From the NCBI RefSeq assembly GCF_963921235.1, contig NC_086098.1, forward strand, positions 6,696,001-6,760,000: 64,000 bases of DNA. Direction: 5' to 3'. Each line of letters starts with the position of its first letter. Within the stretch, counting starts at the first letter, position 1. Both the position numbers and the translations under genes were made by a program. The notes below the pieces were generated by a model that worked only from the letters and a program-made list of their open reading frames with translations, made no database searches and was not told the DNA's origin. Shown in pieces: positions 36,662 through 49,862 of the stretch. Source of the stretch: Mobula hypostoma (lineage: Eukaryota).

Positions 36662-38549
36662 TTATTGTTTTCATTCCCAGACCCATCACCTGGACTCTTT
36701 GATATCTATTTGGCAAGCATGCATAAAAATCTATAGTTTCCAATTTCTAGTGTATACAATTTTTGAATTTACTTGATCTTCATATTACATTTGAAGTTGA
36801 TTATTTTAAGGTAATTATTTAAGATCCAGGTTTATTTATCACGTATATTGAATCAGACAGTGAAATGTGTCATTTGTGTTAAATACCAACACACTCGAGG
36901 GTGTGCTGGGCAGACCACAAGTGTAGCCACACTCTCTGGGCACTAACATAACATGCCCACAAGAGGTAAGAGGGGGGCCAGAGTGGGGAATTGAAGTGGA
37001 AGGAGGGATTAGCAGAAGTTGGAACAATTAATGTTCATTCCGCATTCTTTCCTCACACGGTACTTTAGCCCCAGGACAGGACAGGCCTTCAGCCTCGGTG
37101 GACTCGGAGTCGGGCTTGCAGTCATTGACTTGATTTCCCTGCGGACTCGCTGAGATTCTTTGGCTTATTGTTTTTTTTTTGGCAGTTTCATCTGTTCTTT
37201 CTTTTTGCCTTATGTTTGTACTGTTTGCTGAACTGACCACTGAATTGATCATTTGCTCATTCAGACGACATTCTTGTTCTTAACAAGAAGTTGATCTATA
37301 TATCACTGGCTATATTTGATAAGTATCTATTCCAGATGTCCAAAAACTCATCTAAGGTTTTTTTGAAGATGGTTAATTATCTAATTGTGCCCTCTGTACA
37401 ATTACATTTTCCATGCATGGGGCTCCCAGTGAAATCTGAACCTTCTGATTAATGAAGTTCAGCCAATTTCATAATTGTGTCATAATTGCTCTTCTTCACT
37501 ACTTAGCTGAATGTATATTACATTTTTATTGCTTTCGTAGATTTAGCAGACTTTGAAAAACACAGGAAATGGAAGACTACTGACCCTGAAGTGAGAACGG
37601 TGGCATTTTTAAACCATCAAACAACTTGTTAATGAGAGTGGTCAGGGGAGAATGGCCAGACTGGCTCAAACTGACAGGAAGGTGACAGTAACTCAAATAA
37701 TGTCAAGTTACAGAATAGCATCTCTGAATGCACAGCACGTCACACCTTGAAGTGGATGGGCTCCAGCAGCAGAAAACCATGAACAGGAGTTCCATGTACA
37801 GGAGTTCCATAATAAAGTGGCCACAGAGTGTATATTTGCCAGTAAAAATGAGGCAAAATAGATTTGGGGGTCAAAGACAGATAAACCATCAACAATTATT
37901 TTGACATCTGTGCAATTCCTGCTAATACGAAATGAAAAGTAATTGTTCGAAGCAAAGAATAACATGATGTACTTAAAAATGAACAAATATTTTCATTCTT
38001 CTCTTCAGCCAACAAATAAACTAATTAAATTTGCAATGGCTGGAGATAATTTAATTAGTACTAATGTCTTTTCATAGTTATAGATTTTATTAACAAGTTG
38101 AGGGAAATTAATCGTTTCTAATTTACTTGTGCAATAAAAGCCATTGTTACATCTATCCCCTGGTGCTCAAAGTGGATACTTGTCAAAGGTAATATGGTAT
38201 TGAGGTGTTCAACTCTGCCATGGACGGTCCCAAGCCTGGCTCTGAAAGGGTAGGTATAAGGTTAGCAAGTCCCATTTGTAAAAGCCCAGAGCTGCAGAAC
38301 ACTCAAAGAATTCCAGCACTGCCATAGATGGTCTAGGATTCAAAGTACATATATAATCAAGGTATGTATACAGAATACAACGCTGAGATTTGTCTTCCCA
38401 CGTGCAGCCATGAAACAAAAAAAACACAATGGAACCCTTTCAATATATCAAACGCCCAACACGTGAAAAAAGAAAAATGGTGCAAACGGCAAAAAGTGGC
38501 CGTAAAACACATAGAATATCAAACATCAAACCGCGAATCCAGTAGCAGT

Positions 38550-38812
38550 TAGTTCAGTGCCTCGACACTAGCCCGCTATAGGCTGCACATGGCGCTATTT
38601 TGCTGAAGTGCCCCGGTCCGAAGCCCAACTGAGAAGTGAGGAGGGTTGGGCTGGGGGTTCACCACCCCACCCTGTGCATCAGAAGCTTCAAATATCACAA
38701 CCCTGGGAGAGGAAGGATTCCAGCATGAGCTACACCTGGGGATATCGTGAAAGGCTGGCCCAGGACGGGTGAACCCTATGCCCCAGCGGGGATGAGGGCT
38801 GAAGTAAGTAAG
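38550..38812 (+). mobile_element. RTE/RTE-X-dependent short non-autonomous element
   Basis: ggtccgaagccc...gaggagggttgggc 5' motif and a ctatgccccagc...aagtaagtaa tail. A related piece lies at ~38200-38340. Confidence 0.45.
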
Positions 38813-39109
38813 AGGTATTCGGGTATAGGCTGTATTGTTGTGAATGGAACCTTGGTTCAAAGCTATTCCATGTTTGTGGAAGTTAAATGATCTCAAACTC
38901 GTACAACGTGTATGTAAGCCACCAGAACTGGAGTTGCGCCAACATAGCACATGTGATATTCATGCTTAACTTTCCTGTAATGTTTGTAATGCTTTCCTGT
39001 AATTACCTGTAATGTGAAACTACTGCCATATAGGTAATTTTCCCTGATTCCAGTGGCAACATTTATTGGGAAAGTTAAAGAATCCTGTTGATGAATTTCT
39101 CTCTGCCAT

Positions 39110-39860
39110 TGTGGTGCAGCAGTTAGCATGACTGTTGATGCTCGGGGCGTCCAGTTCAGACTTCAAGTCTGGCACCAAGAGTTTGTACGTTCTCTCCATG
39201 TACACGTCCATGTGGGTTTCCTCCAGGTGCTCCAGTTTCTTCCCACAGTCCAAAGACATTCCTGTTAGTAGGTTAATTAGTTAGAATCAGAATCAGGTTT
39301 AATATCACTGGCATATGTCGTGGAAATTGTTGTATTCATGACGGCAGTACAGTGCAATATATAATAACAGAAAAAACTGAATTACACTAAGTATATATAT
39401 TAAATAGTTTAATTAAATATGTAGTGCCAAAATAGAAATAAAAAACAGGTAGTGAGGTAGTGTTCGTGGGTCCAATGTCCTTTGAGAAATTGGATGGCAG
39501 AGGGAAGAAGCTGTTCCTGAATCGCTGAGCAAGTGCCTCCAGGCTCCAGTACCTCCTTCCGACTGGCAGCAGTGAGAACATGACATGATCTGGGTGATGG
39601 GGGTCCTTAATGATGGATGCCTCCTTTCTGAGGCATCACTCCTTGAAGATGTCCTTGAAGAAGCCAGTGCCTACCATGGAGCTGAATAAGTTTACAACAC
39701 TACAGGCTACTTTGGTTCTGTGCAGTAGCTCCCTGCCTTGCCCCTCACCATACCAGACAGTGAGCTATATGATTAGGCTAGGGCTACATAGGTGGGTTGC
39801 TGGGCAGCGCGGATCATTGGGCTGGAAGAGCTTGTTCTGTGCTGTATCTTTAAATAATTA
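39110..39860 (+). mobile_element. V-SINE split by a minus-strand Rex-type remnant (~39285-39765)
   Basis: V-domain at 39180-39260. The SINE tail resumes near 39770. Confidence 0.6.
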
Positions 39861-40404
39861 AATAAAATAAAAATCATGGACAGTAATTCATAATCAGAGT
39901 GCCGGAGTGCACATGATTTCCCTTCAAGCAATGCCAAAGAGTGATGATGGTGGAGGAGGAAAGGAAGAAAATTATTTCATTCCTCACCAAGGGGACTCAT
40001 TTTATAATGAGAAAAGAAAATTGAAAATAATATAAATTCAAAAATCTGGTAGTTAATAATAAGGGAGACTGCTAAGATTAATTAATACAACTGGGAGTTC
40101 CACCTATACACGTATTTAAACTAATAGCCTTTGTGTAAAGTGTTAGAAGATTAACCATGGTTCTACCACCATCTCTGTAGGGAGCTTGCTGCCTTCAAAT
40201 GCTGTTGAACTTGTGTTGTGACCTTGCAAGATCTGAGACTTCACGGAAAGACATGGACTGAAAGGGAACGCACACCAAATGCTGGAGGAATTTGGCATGT
40301 CAGGCAGCATCTATGGAAATGAATAAACAGGCAAGGTTTACTCCTGGAATGTAAAATTGGTAAAATTGGTCAGAGGTGGAAAAAAGGACGCACCTGCTGA
40401 ACTA

Positions 40405-40860
40405 CATTCAATGGCCACTTTATTAGGTATAGGATGTATCCTCGTAGTCTTCTGCTGCTCTAATCCACCTGCTTCAAGGTTCAACGTGTTGTGAATTCAG
40501 AGATGCCCTTCGGCACACCATTGTCTCAATGTGTGGTTACTTGAGGTACTGTCACCTTCCTGTCAGCTTGAACCACTCTGGCCATGCCTGCCACAATACT
40601 GCCACTCACTAGATGTTTTTAGATTTTCAGACATTTCTGTATAAAATCTAGAGACTGCTATGTGTGAAAATCCCAGGAGATCTGCAGTTTCTGAAATACT
40701 CAAACCTCCCAATCTGACATCAACAATCATTCCACAGTGAAAGTCACTTGATCACATTTCTTCCCCACTCTGATATTTTGTCTGAACAACAACTGAACCC
40801 CTTGACCATGTCCGCATGCTTTTATGCATTGAGTTGCTGCCACATGATTGGTTGATTGAT
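40405..40860 (-). mobile_element. Non-autonomous Tc1-like element
   Basis: Collinear with 19966-20510. Confidence 0.7.
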
Positions 40861-42114
40861 GATAGATTGATTGATGCGCTCGAAGGCTAGTGACAAAGGA
40901 TATCTGTGAATGTCAGGCTGTACCAAGTCGGTGGATGGATCCCATGACTGGATATCCGTGTAAGCATGAGGTACAAGGGCCAGTTTGCCAGAGCGCCCAG
41001 TGTTCAAGCATGGAATTTGGGCTCCTGTCCTTGGGTAGTCCAGGGATTGATACTGAAGTTCAAAGCCCGAAGGCCCATTGGAAGACGAGAAGCTGAAATG
41101 CACTGGCCGAAGCCTGGAGACAGGAGGCCCAGAGGGTCTGCCCTGGAGTTGAAGGCCTGTCTGTGTGTAGGAGGGAAAGAGAATGAGTGGGAGGAAAGGG
41201 ACTTGGCTTGCTGTTGTCGTTTTGCTGCTTGCGATACTTCGTTGTGTTCCATTTTCTTTCTACCAAGCATTGTGGACATGCTATGTTGGCATCAGAGTGT
41301 GTGCCAGAATGTCTTCTCCCAGCACATCCTTAGGTGTGTTGGTTGTTGGCACAAATGACGCATTTCACTGTATGCTTCCACATACTCGTGATGAATCTGA
41401 TTGAACATGAATCAAAGTACATGATGTTAATGAGGATGCTGTAGGATTACAGAGGGAGGCACAGACACACAGCTTGTAGGTTTAAATTTACACTTAGATA
41501 CCGCACAGTAACAGATTCTTCCGGTCCATCGAGCCGGCACACCCAATTACACTCATGTAACTCATCAACCGACTAATCGGGATTAGGAATTCATCCTGAT
41601 TCCTTTGGAAACCCACACAGTCACAGGGAGTACCTGCAGACTCCTTCAGACAACGGCAGGAAATGAACCCAGGTCACTTGTGCTGTAATAACGTCACACT
41701 AACCATTACGCTACCCGTTTCTTTATCTTATTGTGTTGTTTTGTGCTGCATTGGACCTGGAGTAATGTCTATTGTACTCTTCTTTACACTCGTGTTCAGA
41801 AAATTACATTAAACAATCTTGAATCTTGAAAAATGCCCACGTTAGAAATTCATATTAAATTCTATCGGGGCATTGTGGGGTTTGAACTTGATTTCTGGAT
41901 TGTTTGTTCCTGCTTCGCTCACTTGCCAGTTTGGTGACTTAACCATTACACTGTGCCTCATCGTAATTGTAGAAGCTACTACTTCACAGCTTCAATGCCC
42001 TAGTTCAAAGATGAGTTCTGTTGTGGAGTTGTCATATTCCCTCAATACCCAATTTCCTCTCACATCCCCATAATATACAAAATAACCTCTGCGTATTTCC
42101 TCTAGTGTACAAGC

Positions 42115-42900
42115 CTTAAGGTTGTCATAGCTAGGCATGGTAATGGGGATAAGATTCCACTGCCCCTTAAATGCTCCCAAAGACGTGCGTCACAAATAGC
42201 CTCTTACAGCCAAGTCCAGCTCCTGGTCTTCACGTGTGGCGTAGCTACTAAGCCCGGTGGAACACAAAATACTCTGCAGATGCTGGGGTCAAAGCAACAC
42301 TCACACTACGCTGGAGGAACTCAGCAGGTCGGTCAGCATCCGTGGAAATGATCAGTCAACGTTTCAGGCTGGAGCCCTTCGTCAAGCCTGGTGGAACCGT
42401 TTCTACCGACAAAAGAAAGGACAGAGATAGGTTACTGCCATCTTAAAACCAGTCACTTTGGGAAGATGGTGTTTGTCATGATTGGCAGCTCCTCTAGGAG
42501 AAGGAAACCTCTGTTCTCAAGCCTCCACTGCCTTTTGGCTGTACCCACTCATGGGCAAGGCTTTGGGAGTAAACCCAGAGGAAAAATCCAGAGCTGGAGT
42601 CCCTAAGGCAATCTTATGTTGAATTCAATGCTGAATGGCAACTCCTGCAATTCTACTGATGTTTTGTCTGGCTGTATTCCTGGGTGTTCACGTATGGTTG
42701 AATGACAATTAAACTTGAATTTGAGCGTATCGGTCTCTGCCATTCCCTTGGATTCATCAGCTGCGAGGAGAGGGGGAGCCTGCTACATGGACAACAGTTT
42801 GCTCTCCATATCATATTGCCCTGCCTTATGAAGTGGCTTGCTTATCACTTAGACAACTAGGACACAACATCCTTGGTCAACCCCAAGCAACGGAGGGCAT
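42115..42900 (+). mobile_element. RTE-derived non-autonomous element with a pLTR insertion
   Basis: Homologous to 9636-10740. Confidence 0.55.
42264..42383 (-). mobile_element. Short Penelope pLTR insertion, hammerhead variant, with 14-bp TSD
   Basis: TSD aagcc(c/t)ggtggaac at 42250-42263 and 42384-42397. Minus strand reads tgacgaagggctccagcctgaaacgttgact. Confidence 0.75.
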
Positions 42901-43371
42901 CACAGGCAAATGGCAATTTCAGTGGTTGCCCTCCAGGCCCAAGAAACTAGCTTGAAGTCACGTCCCTTTTCTGAAGTGAGCAGTAACGCAAAGCCACGGT
43001 TGATACAGACTGCACACAGCTCATGGAAATAAGCAGCCAGAATGAAGCTGCCTTGCAGTTTCTATCAGGTACAATGGGCATAGGTCAAACTAGTTTCTTT
43101 CTGATTTAGTCTTCATTGTTACTTGAGGAATTTAAGTAAGGCCTTAATCATTGAAGGAGCTGCCTATGAAAAAGGCAACACACACAAAACGCTGGAGGAA
43201 CTCAGCAGATCTGGCAGCATCTAACCTAATAAGACCATGAGATATTGGAGCAGAATTAGGACATTTGGCCCATCGAGTCTGCTCCACCATTTCATCATGC
43301 CCTGGCCAATTTCCAATCTTCCTCTCAGCCCCAGTCTCCTCTTTTCCCTTACCCCTTTATGCCCTTCATGC

Positions 43372-43773
43372 ATCATCATTATGCGCCGTGCCGTATGACA
43401 TCATCTTTACGTGCAGTGTCGTATGACGTAGCTGATCACGGTCTCTGACTCTGATTGTTCTTGGCAATTGTTTCTACAGAAGTGGTTTGCCATTGGTGCC
43501 TTCTGGGGAGTGTCTTTACAAGACTGGTGACCCCAGCTATAATCTATATTCTCACAGAGATTGTCTGTCTGGCATCAGTGGTCGCTTAACCAGGACTAGT
43601 GATATGTACCAGCTGCTCGTACGACCCTCCACCACCTGCTCCCATGGCTTCACGTGACCCTGATCAGGGGGACTAAGAGGGTGTTACACACTGCCCAAGG
43701 CTGACCTGTGGGCTAGCGGAGGGAAGGAACGCCTTACACCTCCTTTGGTAAAGATATACCACCTCCTTGCCAC
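43372..43773 (-). mobile_element. RTE (BovB-like tail) dependent short retroposon
   Basis: Minus strand has atggcaaaccacttctgtag...ttgccaagaa and a (gat)n tail. A second copy lies at 53560-53945. Confidence 0.55.
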
Positions 43774-44289
43774 TTTTCTATAGAATTGAATGAACAGTTG
43801 ACATTTCAGGCTGAGACGCTTCATCAGGACTGGAAAGGAAGGGGGAGGATGCCAAAATAAGAAAGTGGGGGAGGGGGAAGGAGTACAATCTAGAAAGTGA
43901 GAGGTGAGAATGGGTGGGGGAGGGGCATGAAGTAAGAAGCTGGGAAGTAATATGTGGAAAAAGTAAAGGGCTGAGAAGGAGGAATCTGATAGGAGAGGAG
44001 AGTAGACCATGGGAGAAAGGGACCAAGAGGACGTGATAAGTGTCGAAGATAATTTCCCCTTCCATACGACCGCAAGACATAAGAGCAGAATTAGGCCATT
44101 TGGCCCATCGAGTCTACTCCACCAATCATGGCTGATACTTTTCTCCCCTCTTCAGCCCCACTCCCAGCCTTCTCCCTGTAACCATAGATGTTGTGTCCAA
44201 TCATGAACATATCAAGCTCTGCCTTAAATACACCCAATGACCTGGCCTCCACAGTTCCCTGTGGTAACGATTTCTACAAATTGACCAAC

Positions 44290-44880
44290 GGGCTTATCTA
44301 TATGGTGCCAAGTTCGAGGTGAGTACAGACGACAATCCATTGACTTATATCCTGACCTCGGCAAAATGGGATGCCACAGGGCCATCGTTGGTTGGCAGCA
44401 TTGTCTGCCTACGGTCTCAGCCTGAAGTACCAGCTGGGGAGCTGGAACACTGCTGAGAACGTATTGCCCTGACAAACACCTGATGGGCTGGAAAGAATGG
44501 AGACTGTTCCTGCCCGTGGAGTTAATGCAATGTGCCAGTTTTCTGTCACGGGGAAGTTAGAGGCAAAGCGAGGGCAGGATCGAGCAATGGATCCCACAAC
44601 CTGACTGCTCTGAATACAAAGCAGTTGCGTGAGTTGAGTCCAGGGGAAGCGGCCACCTCTCAGCAAGATAACCCTTGTGTGGGGACCATTTAGTCAGCTA
44701 TTGTAGAAGGGGATCTGGCCCAAGCTGAAAAGATGAAACACTCTGCCGTATCCCTACTGCTGAGACAATGGAACAAGCTGGAGTTGAGGAGCAAGGTTCC
44801 ATACCACGTCACGTCTCCTCCAGACAGGCCTCGGCATTCCCAGTTGGCTCTGCCTGAGAAGTATCAGAGGATTGTGTTGG
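44290..44880 (+). mobile_element. Gypsy pol remnant (RNase H to pre-integrase region)
   Basis: YLYGAKFEVSTDDNPLTYILTSAK..ATG / HRWLAALS..LKY, then LLLRQWNKL and QLALPEKYQRIVL. Confidence 0.75.
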
Positions 44881-45906
44881 TGAGGAGAAGAGGAGAGGTA
44901 AGAGGAGGGCCAGAGTGGGGAACAGAAGAGGGAGGGGGAAGGGGGAACAATTACCAGAAGTTGGAGAAATCAATGCTCATACCATCATTTCCACATGGAT
45001 ATGAAAAGGAACGATTTGGTGAGAAGCTTTACAACACATCATTATAAAAGCAACTCTGCATATTTGTGAATGTCACTTCCAAGACATTGTATGCAGGAGA
45101 ATCAAGAGCTTTTGATCCAAGTCGCTACCACCATTAAATATATATGATGTCCATTTATTCTCAGGAATACGATAACGGGACATCTTAATTAGCAAAAGGC
45201 TTCTCTGGCTTATCAAACCTACTTTGCATGTAGGTTTGCATTGTACCACGAAGCCTTCTGTCATCAATTATTTCTGATGCAGATCAGACTTGCAGAGAGT
45301 GGAAAAGTGAGAAATTTAGCAGAGCCACCAATTCTGTCTCAGGATGAAGCTCCCTCGAGGATATCAATGGCTGGCAGATATGCTAATATTTAGGCTACTG
45401 TCTTTAATTGCGGTGTGTTTTACCTACTGTGTCATAACTGCAGTCAGATCTGAAGCTCTTTACCCAACTTTTGTCATGACAAAAAAAAACTGCAACAGCA
45501 CTTTTTTCATGTTAAGTAGACAAATGGGCCAGTTTTATCTTGAAAAATAAAAGAGACTGTTGAAGGATACTCCTACAAGTTCCAACAAAAATGATAGTCC
45601 AAGAAACAAGATACTCCAACATAAATTTTTGGGTTGTACGTGGTGACATATATTTACTTCGACAATAAATTTACTTTGGACTTTGAACAGGTCAAGCAAC
45701 ATTTATGGAAAAAGGAAAAGAAGTTTAATATTAGGGAGATTCTGCAGACGCTGATAATTCAGAATTAATGCAGATGAGAATCCCACGCGGTCACTGGGAG
45801 AACATACAAACTCCTTACATATAGCAGTGGTAATTGAAACTGGGTTGCTGATCACTTGCACCAATCAATTCAAAGCTCAAAGTAAATTTTATTATCAAAC
45901 TACACA

Positions 45907-46200
45907 TGAGGGCTGATTGATAAGTTTGTGGCCTAAGGTAGAAGGAGTCAATTTTAGAAAACCTGGCACATTTATTTTTCAATATAGTCCCCTCCTACAC
46001 ATAGTCCAGTGGTCATGGAGCATACCGATCCCTTCTTTGTAGAAGTCGGTGTTTTGGACCTCCAGAAAGTGGTCCACAGCAGGAGTGATTGATAAGTTCG
46101 TGGCCTAAAGTAGGCGATGGGTTATACGGCTCTCGTTACATGTACCTGCAGTTCAACTCTTTGAGTGATTATACAGAAAGTCTGAAGTTAATAACTCATC
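45907..46200. mobile_element. Mariner-type non-autonomous remnant
   Basis: gagggctgattgataagt TIR-like start. Internal repeat tgattgataagtt.gtggcctaa at ~46086. Confidence 0.5.
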
Positions 46201-48025
46201 TCCACAATTGTCCCTGATGTCTACACCTGTGAAAGGTGCATCCAGCTGCAGCTCCTGACAAACCGAGTTAGGGAACTGGAGCTGGAGCTGGATGAACTTC
46301 GGATCATTCGGGAGGCAGAGGCAGAAATAGACAGGAGTTACAGGGAGACAGTCACCCCTAAGAGTCAGGAGACAGGTAGCTGGGTGACTGTCAGGAGAGG
46401 GAAGGGGAATAGACAGAATGAGCAGAACACCCCTGTGGCTGTTCCCACCAATGATAAGTATATCATTTTGGATACTGTTGATGGGGACGACTTACCAGGG
46501 ACAAGTTGCAGTGGTTGCGTCTCAGGCACCGAGACGGGACCCTCAGCTCAGAAGGGAAGGAGGGAAAAGAGGAGAGCAGTAGTGATAGGGAATTCGATAT
46601 TTAGGGGGACAGATAAGAGGTTCTGTGGAAGAGATCGAGAGTTTGACACCAGTGATGGGTAAATTGATGGAAAGTATTCTTAGAGATGGTATATATAATT
46701 ATCTGGATAGAGAGGGTCTGATTAGAAACAGTCAACATGGATTTGTGTGTAGAAAGTCATATTTGACAAATCTTATTGAATTTTTTGAAGAGGTTACTAG
46801 AAGAGTTGACAAGGGTAAAGCGGTGGAAGTTGTCTATATGGACTTCAGTAAGGCCTTTGACAAGGTTCCACACGGAAGGTTAGTTAGGAAGGTTCAATCG
46901 TTAGGTATTAATATTGAAGTAGTGAAATGGATTCAGCAGTGGCTGGATGGGAGGCACCAGAGAGTAGTGGTGGATAACTGTTTGTCAGATTGGAGGTTGG
47001 TGACTAGTGGTGTGCCTCAGGGATCTGTACTGGGTCCAATGTTGTTTGTTATATATATTAATGATCTGGATGATGGGGTGGTAAATTGGATTAGTAAGTA
47101 TACAGATGATACTAAGATAGGTGGAGTTGTGGATAATGAAGAAGGTTTTCAAAGCTTGCAGAGAGATTTAAGCCAGTTAGAAGAGTGGGCTGAAAGATGG
47201 CAGATGGAGTTTAATGCTGATAAATGTGAGATGCTACAGTTTGGCAGGACTAATCAAAATAGGACATACATGGTAAATGGTAGGGCATTGAAGAATGCAG
47301 CAGAACAGAGGGATCTAGGAATAATGGTGCATAGTTCCCTGAAGGTGGAATCTCATGTGGATAGGGTGGTGAAGAAAGCTTTTGGCATGCTGGCCTTTAT
47401 AAATCAGAGCATTGAGCATAGGAGTTGGGACGTAATGTTAAAATTGTACAAGGCACTGGTAAGGCCAAATTTGGAGTATTGTGTACAGTTCTGGTCACCG
47501 AATTATAGGAAAGATGTCAACAAAATTGAGAGAATACAGGGAAGATTTACTAGAATGTTACCTGGGTTTCATCTTCTAAGTTACAGAGAAAGGTTGAACA
47601 AGCTGGGTCTCTATTCTTTGGAGCGTAGAAGGTTGAGGGGGGACTTGATAGAGGTATTTAAAATTATGAGTTGGATAGATAGAGTTGATGTGGATAGGCT
47701 TTTTCTATTCATAGTAGGGGAGATTCATAGTAGGGGACATGAGTTGAGAGTTAAAGGGCAAAAGTTTAGGGGTAACATGAGGGGGAACTTCTTTACTCAG
47801 AGAGTGGTAGCTCTGTGGAACGAGCTTCCAGCAGAAGTGGTTGAGGCAGGTTCGATATTGACATTTAAAGTTAAATTGGATAGCTATATGGACAGGAAAG
47901 GAATGGAGGGTTATGGGCTGAGTGCAGGTCGGTGGGACTAGGTGAGAGTAAGCGTTCGGCACGGACTGGAAGGGCCGAGATGGCCTGTTTCTGTGCTGTA
48001 ATTGTTATATGGTTATGTGGTTATA
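46200..48025 (+). mobile_element. Internally deleted CR1: ORF1 fragment fused to an open RT 3' half
   Basis: ORF1-like CERCIQLQLL..RVRELELELDEL and AVVIGNSIFRGTD..FCG is joined at ~46640 to SLTPVMGKLMES...YMDFSKAFDKV...GVPQGSVLGP...KYTDDTK. The frame is open to the stop at 47941. Confidence 0.88.
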
Positions 48026-48169
48026 ATTCTAAGATGGTTGTTTCTTACTCACAATTTTATAGGTCTAATGACTTGCACAGACACAAGGGATTCGGCAGAT
48101 GCTGTAAATCTAGAATGATGCACACAAGATGCTGGAAATGTAGCTTTTACTGAGGAAGAATTTATTTAA

Positions 48170-48430
48170 TTTTTATTTAGAGATACAGCACGGAAAAGGC
48201 CCCTCTGGCCCAATGAGGCACAAGGCCCAGCAACTCACCTATTTAACGCTAGCCTGATGTCTAATCCCAGGACATTTACAATGACCAATTAACCTACTAA
48301 CCAGCACATCTTTGGGATGTGGAAGGAAACCAAAGCAGCGGGAGGAAATCCCCATGGGTCATGGCGGGAATACACACTCCCTACGGACGGTGGCGGAATT
48401 GCACTTTGAACTCCGGAACTCCTTGAGTAG
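48170..48430 (-). mobile_element. V-SINE
   Basis: Reverse V-domain, caatgaccaattaacctac. Confidence 0.65.
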
Positions 48431-48669
48431 CAACAGCAGGTGAAAATAAATTCTCTCAAGATTCTGTGTTAGTATTGTCACAGAAAATAAAATATTTTAA
48501 TATTTCTCATTGTACTCTGGAACTTCCAAGTCTATCATGATTTTATGCTCATAAAAAATTAACAATAGCTTTTCCAAAGTGTGAATTTATATTTGTATTA
48601 ATACTTTTCTTATCCAATGTTCCGGCACAAATGAGGAACATTTTAAGTGGATTTACCTCACTTACGTCA

Positions 48670-48845
48670 GGAAATGTGGCAGCCAATTTGTGCTCAGCAA
48701 GGGTCCCAAACTGCAATTAGCCAAATGACAAGATAATTGGATTTAGTGATGTTGGTCTGGACGTAAACAATGGTCAGGATATAGTGAGTGCTCTGCAGTT
48801 CTACTGAGAATAAACTACCTGGGAGTGATCATCCACTCTGAGGTC
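48670..48845 (-). mobile_element. Ancient Deu-domain SINE remnant
   Basis: ggaaatgtggcagccaatttgtgc.cagcaag..tccca and tagtgatgttgg match the reversed Deu consensus as recalled. Confidence 0.55.
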
Positions 48846-49039
48846 AAGATTGTAAGAATTTTCATCTCAGGAAAACAGTTTCTCCTCCCAATGATGAAAT
48901 ATAAAGTTTAAAAATACATTATACATCACAGAGATCAGTTTTTATTTGCAGCTTCCTCATGATGATACATCACATGAAGAGACAAATGCTTTATCAAGTC
49001 AGTGTAGAACTGTCTACAAATACGAATCATATTTTTAAA

Positions 49040-49455
49040 CATCACACACAAAATGCTGGAGGAACTCGGTGGGTCAGGCAGCATCTAAGGAAAAAAGTAA
49101 ACAGTCAACATTTTGGGCCGAGACCTTTCTTCAGGACTGGAAAGGAAGGGGGACGCGCCAGAATAAAAATGTGGAGGGGAGGGGAAAGATGTTAGCTGGA
49201 AGGTGACAGGTGAAGCCAGGTGGGTCGGAAATGTAAAGGGCTGGTGAGGAAGGAATCTGATAAGAGAGGAGAGTGGACTGTAAGAGAAAGGGAAGGAGGC
49301 AGATGAGAAGAAGTAAAAGGTCAGAGTGGGGAATTGAGGAAGGTGGGAGGGGAATTTTGTTCACTGGAAGGAGAAATTGATGTTCATGCCATCAGCTTGA
49401 ATGACACCCAGACAAAATACATGGTGTTGCTCCTCCACCCCAAGGGCGGCCTTGT
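49040..49455 (-). mobile_element. Penelope-like 3' remnant (pLTR plus end of endonuclease)
   Basis: Same layout as 2365-2960. Confidence 0.7.
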
Positions 49456-49662
49456 TTTTTTAAAAAAATACTTTACCTGTATCTAAAAAATATATATATA
49501 AACTGCTTCAAACAAGAAGTAAAGGCAACATTTAGAGCAAGACAAGACATATATCTGTAACAGATTTTCATTGTAAACTATACCCACTGCCATCAGGAAG
49601 AAGGTACAGGAGCCTCAGGACTTGCACCACCAGGTTCAAGAACAGTTACTACCCCTCAACCA

Positions 49663-49862
49663 ACAGATACAAAATGGTGGAGGAACTCAGTAGGCCAGGC
49701 AACATCTATGGAGAAAAGTACAGTTAATGTTTCAGGCCGAGACTGAAATGTCCACTGTACTTTTTTCCATAGGTGCTGCCTGGCCTGCTGAATTTCTCCA
49801 CCATTTCTTGTGCATTGCTTGGATTTCCAGCATATGCAGATTTTCTCTTGTTTGTGATTGGA
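49663..49862. mobile_element. Palindromic (head-to-head) Penelope pLTR mini-element with 17-bp TSD
   Basis: Inverted arms around ~49740. ttactacccctcaacca occurs at 49646-49662 and 49863-49879. Confidence 0.75.

Noticed and set aside
35239..36776. Three long Cys/Pro/Ser-rich ORFs (487, 424 and 320 aa) resembling keratin-associated proteins
   Set aside because: All three frames are open only because the 16-bp minisatellite unit lacks stop codons. There is no promoter or splice evidence.
37541..37590. Exon-like 50 bp (ttgctttcgtag|...DLADFEKHRKWKTTDPE|gtgaga)
   Set aside because: The splice signals are plausible, but there are no partner exons or recognisable protein. It could be chance or a non-coding exon.
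43600..43773. Possible HDV-like ribozyme at the 5' end of the minus-strand RTE-type retroposon
   Set aside because: A P1-like pairing is imaginable, but P3/L3 and P1.1 could not be assembled.
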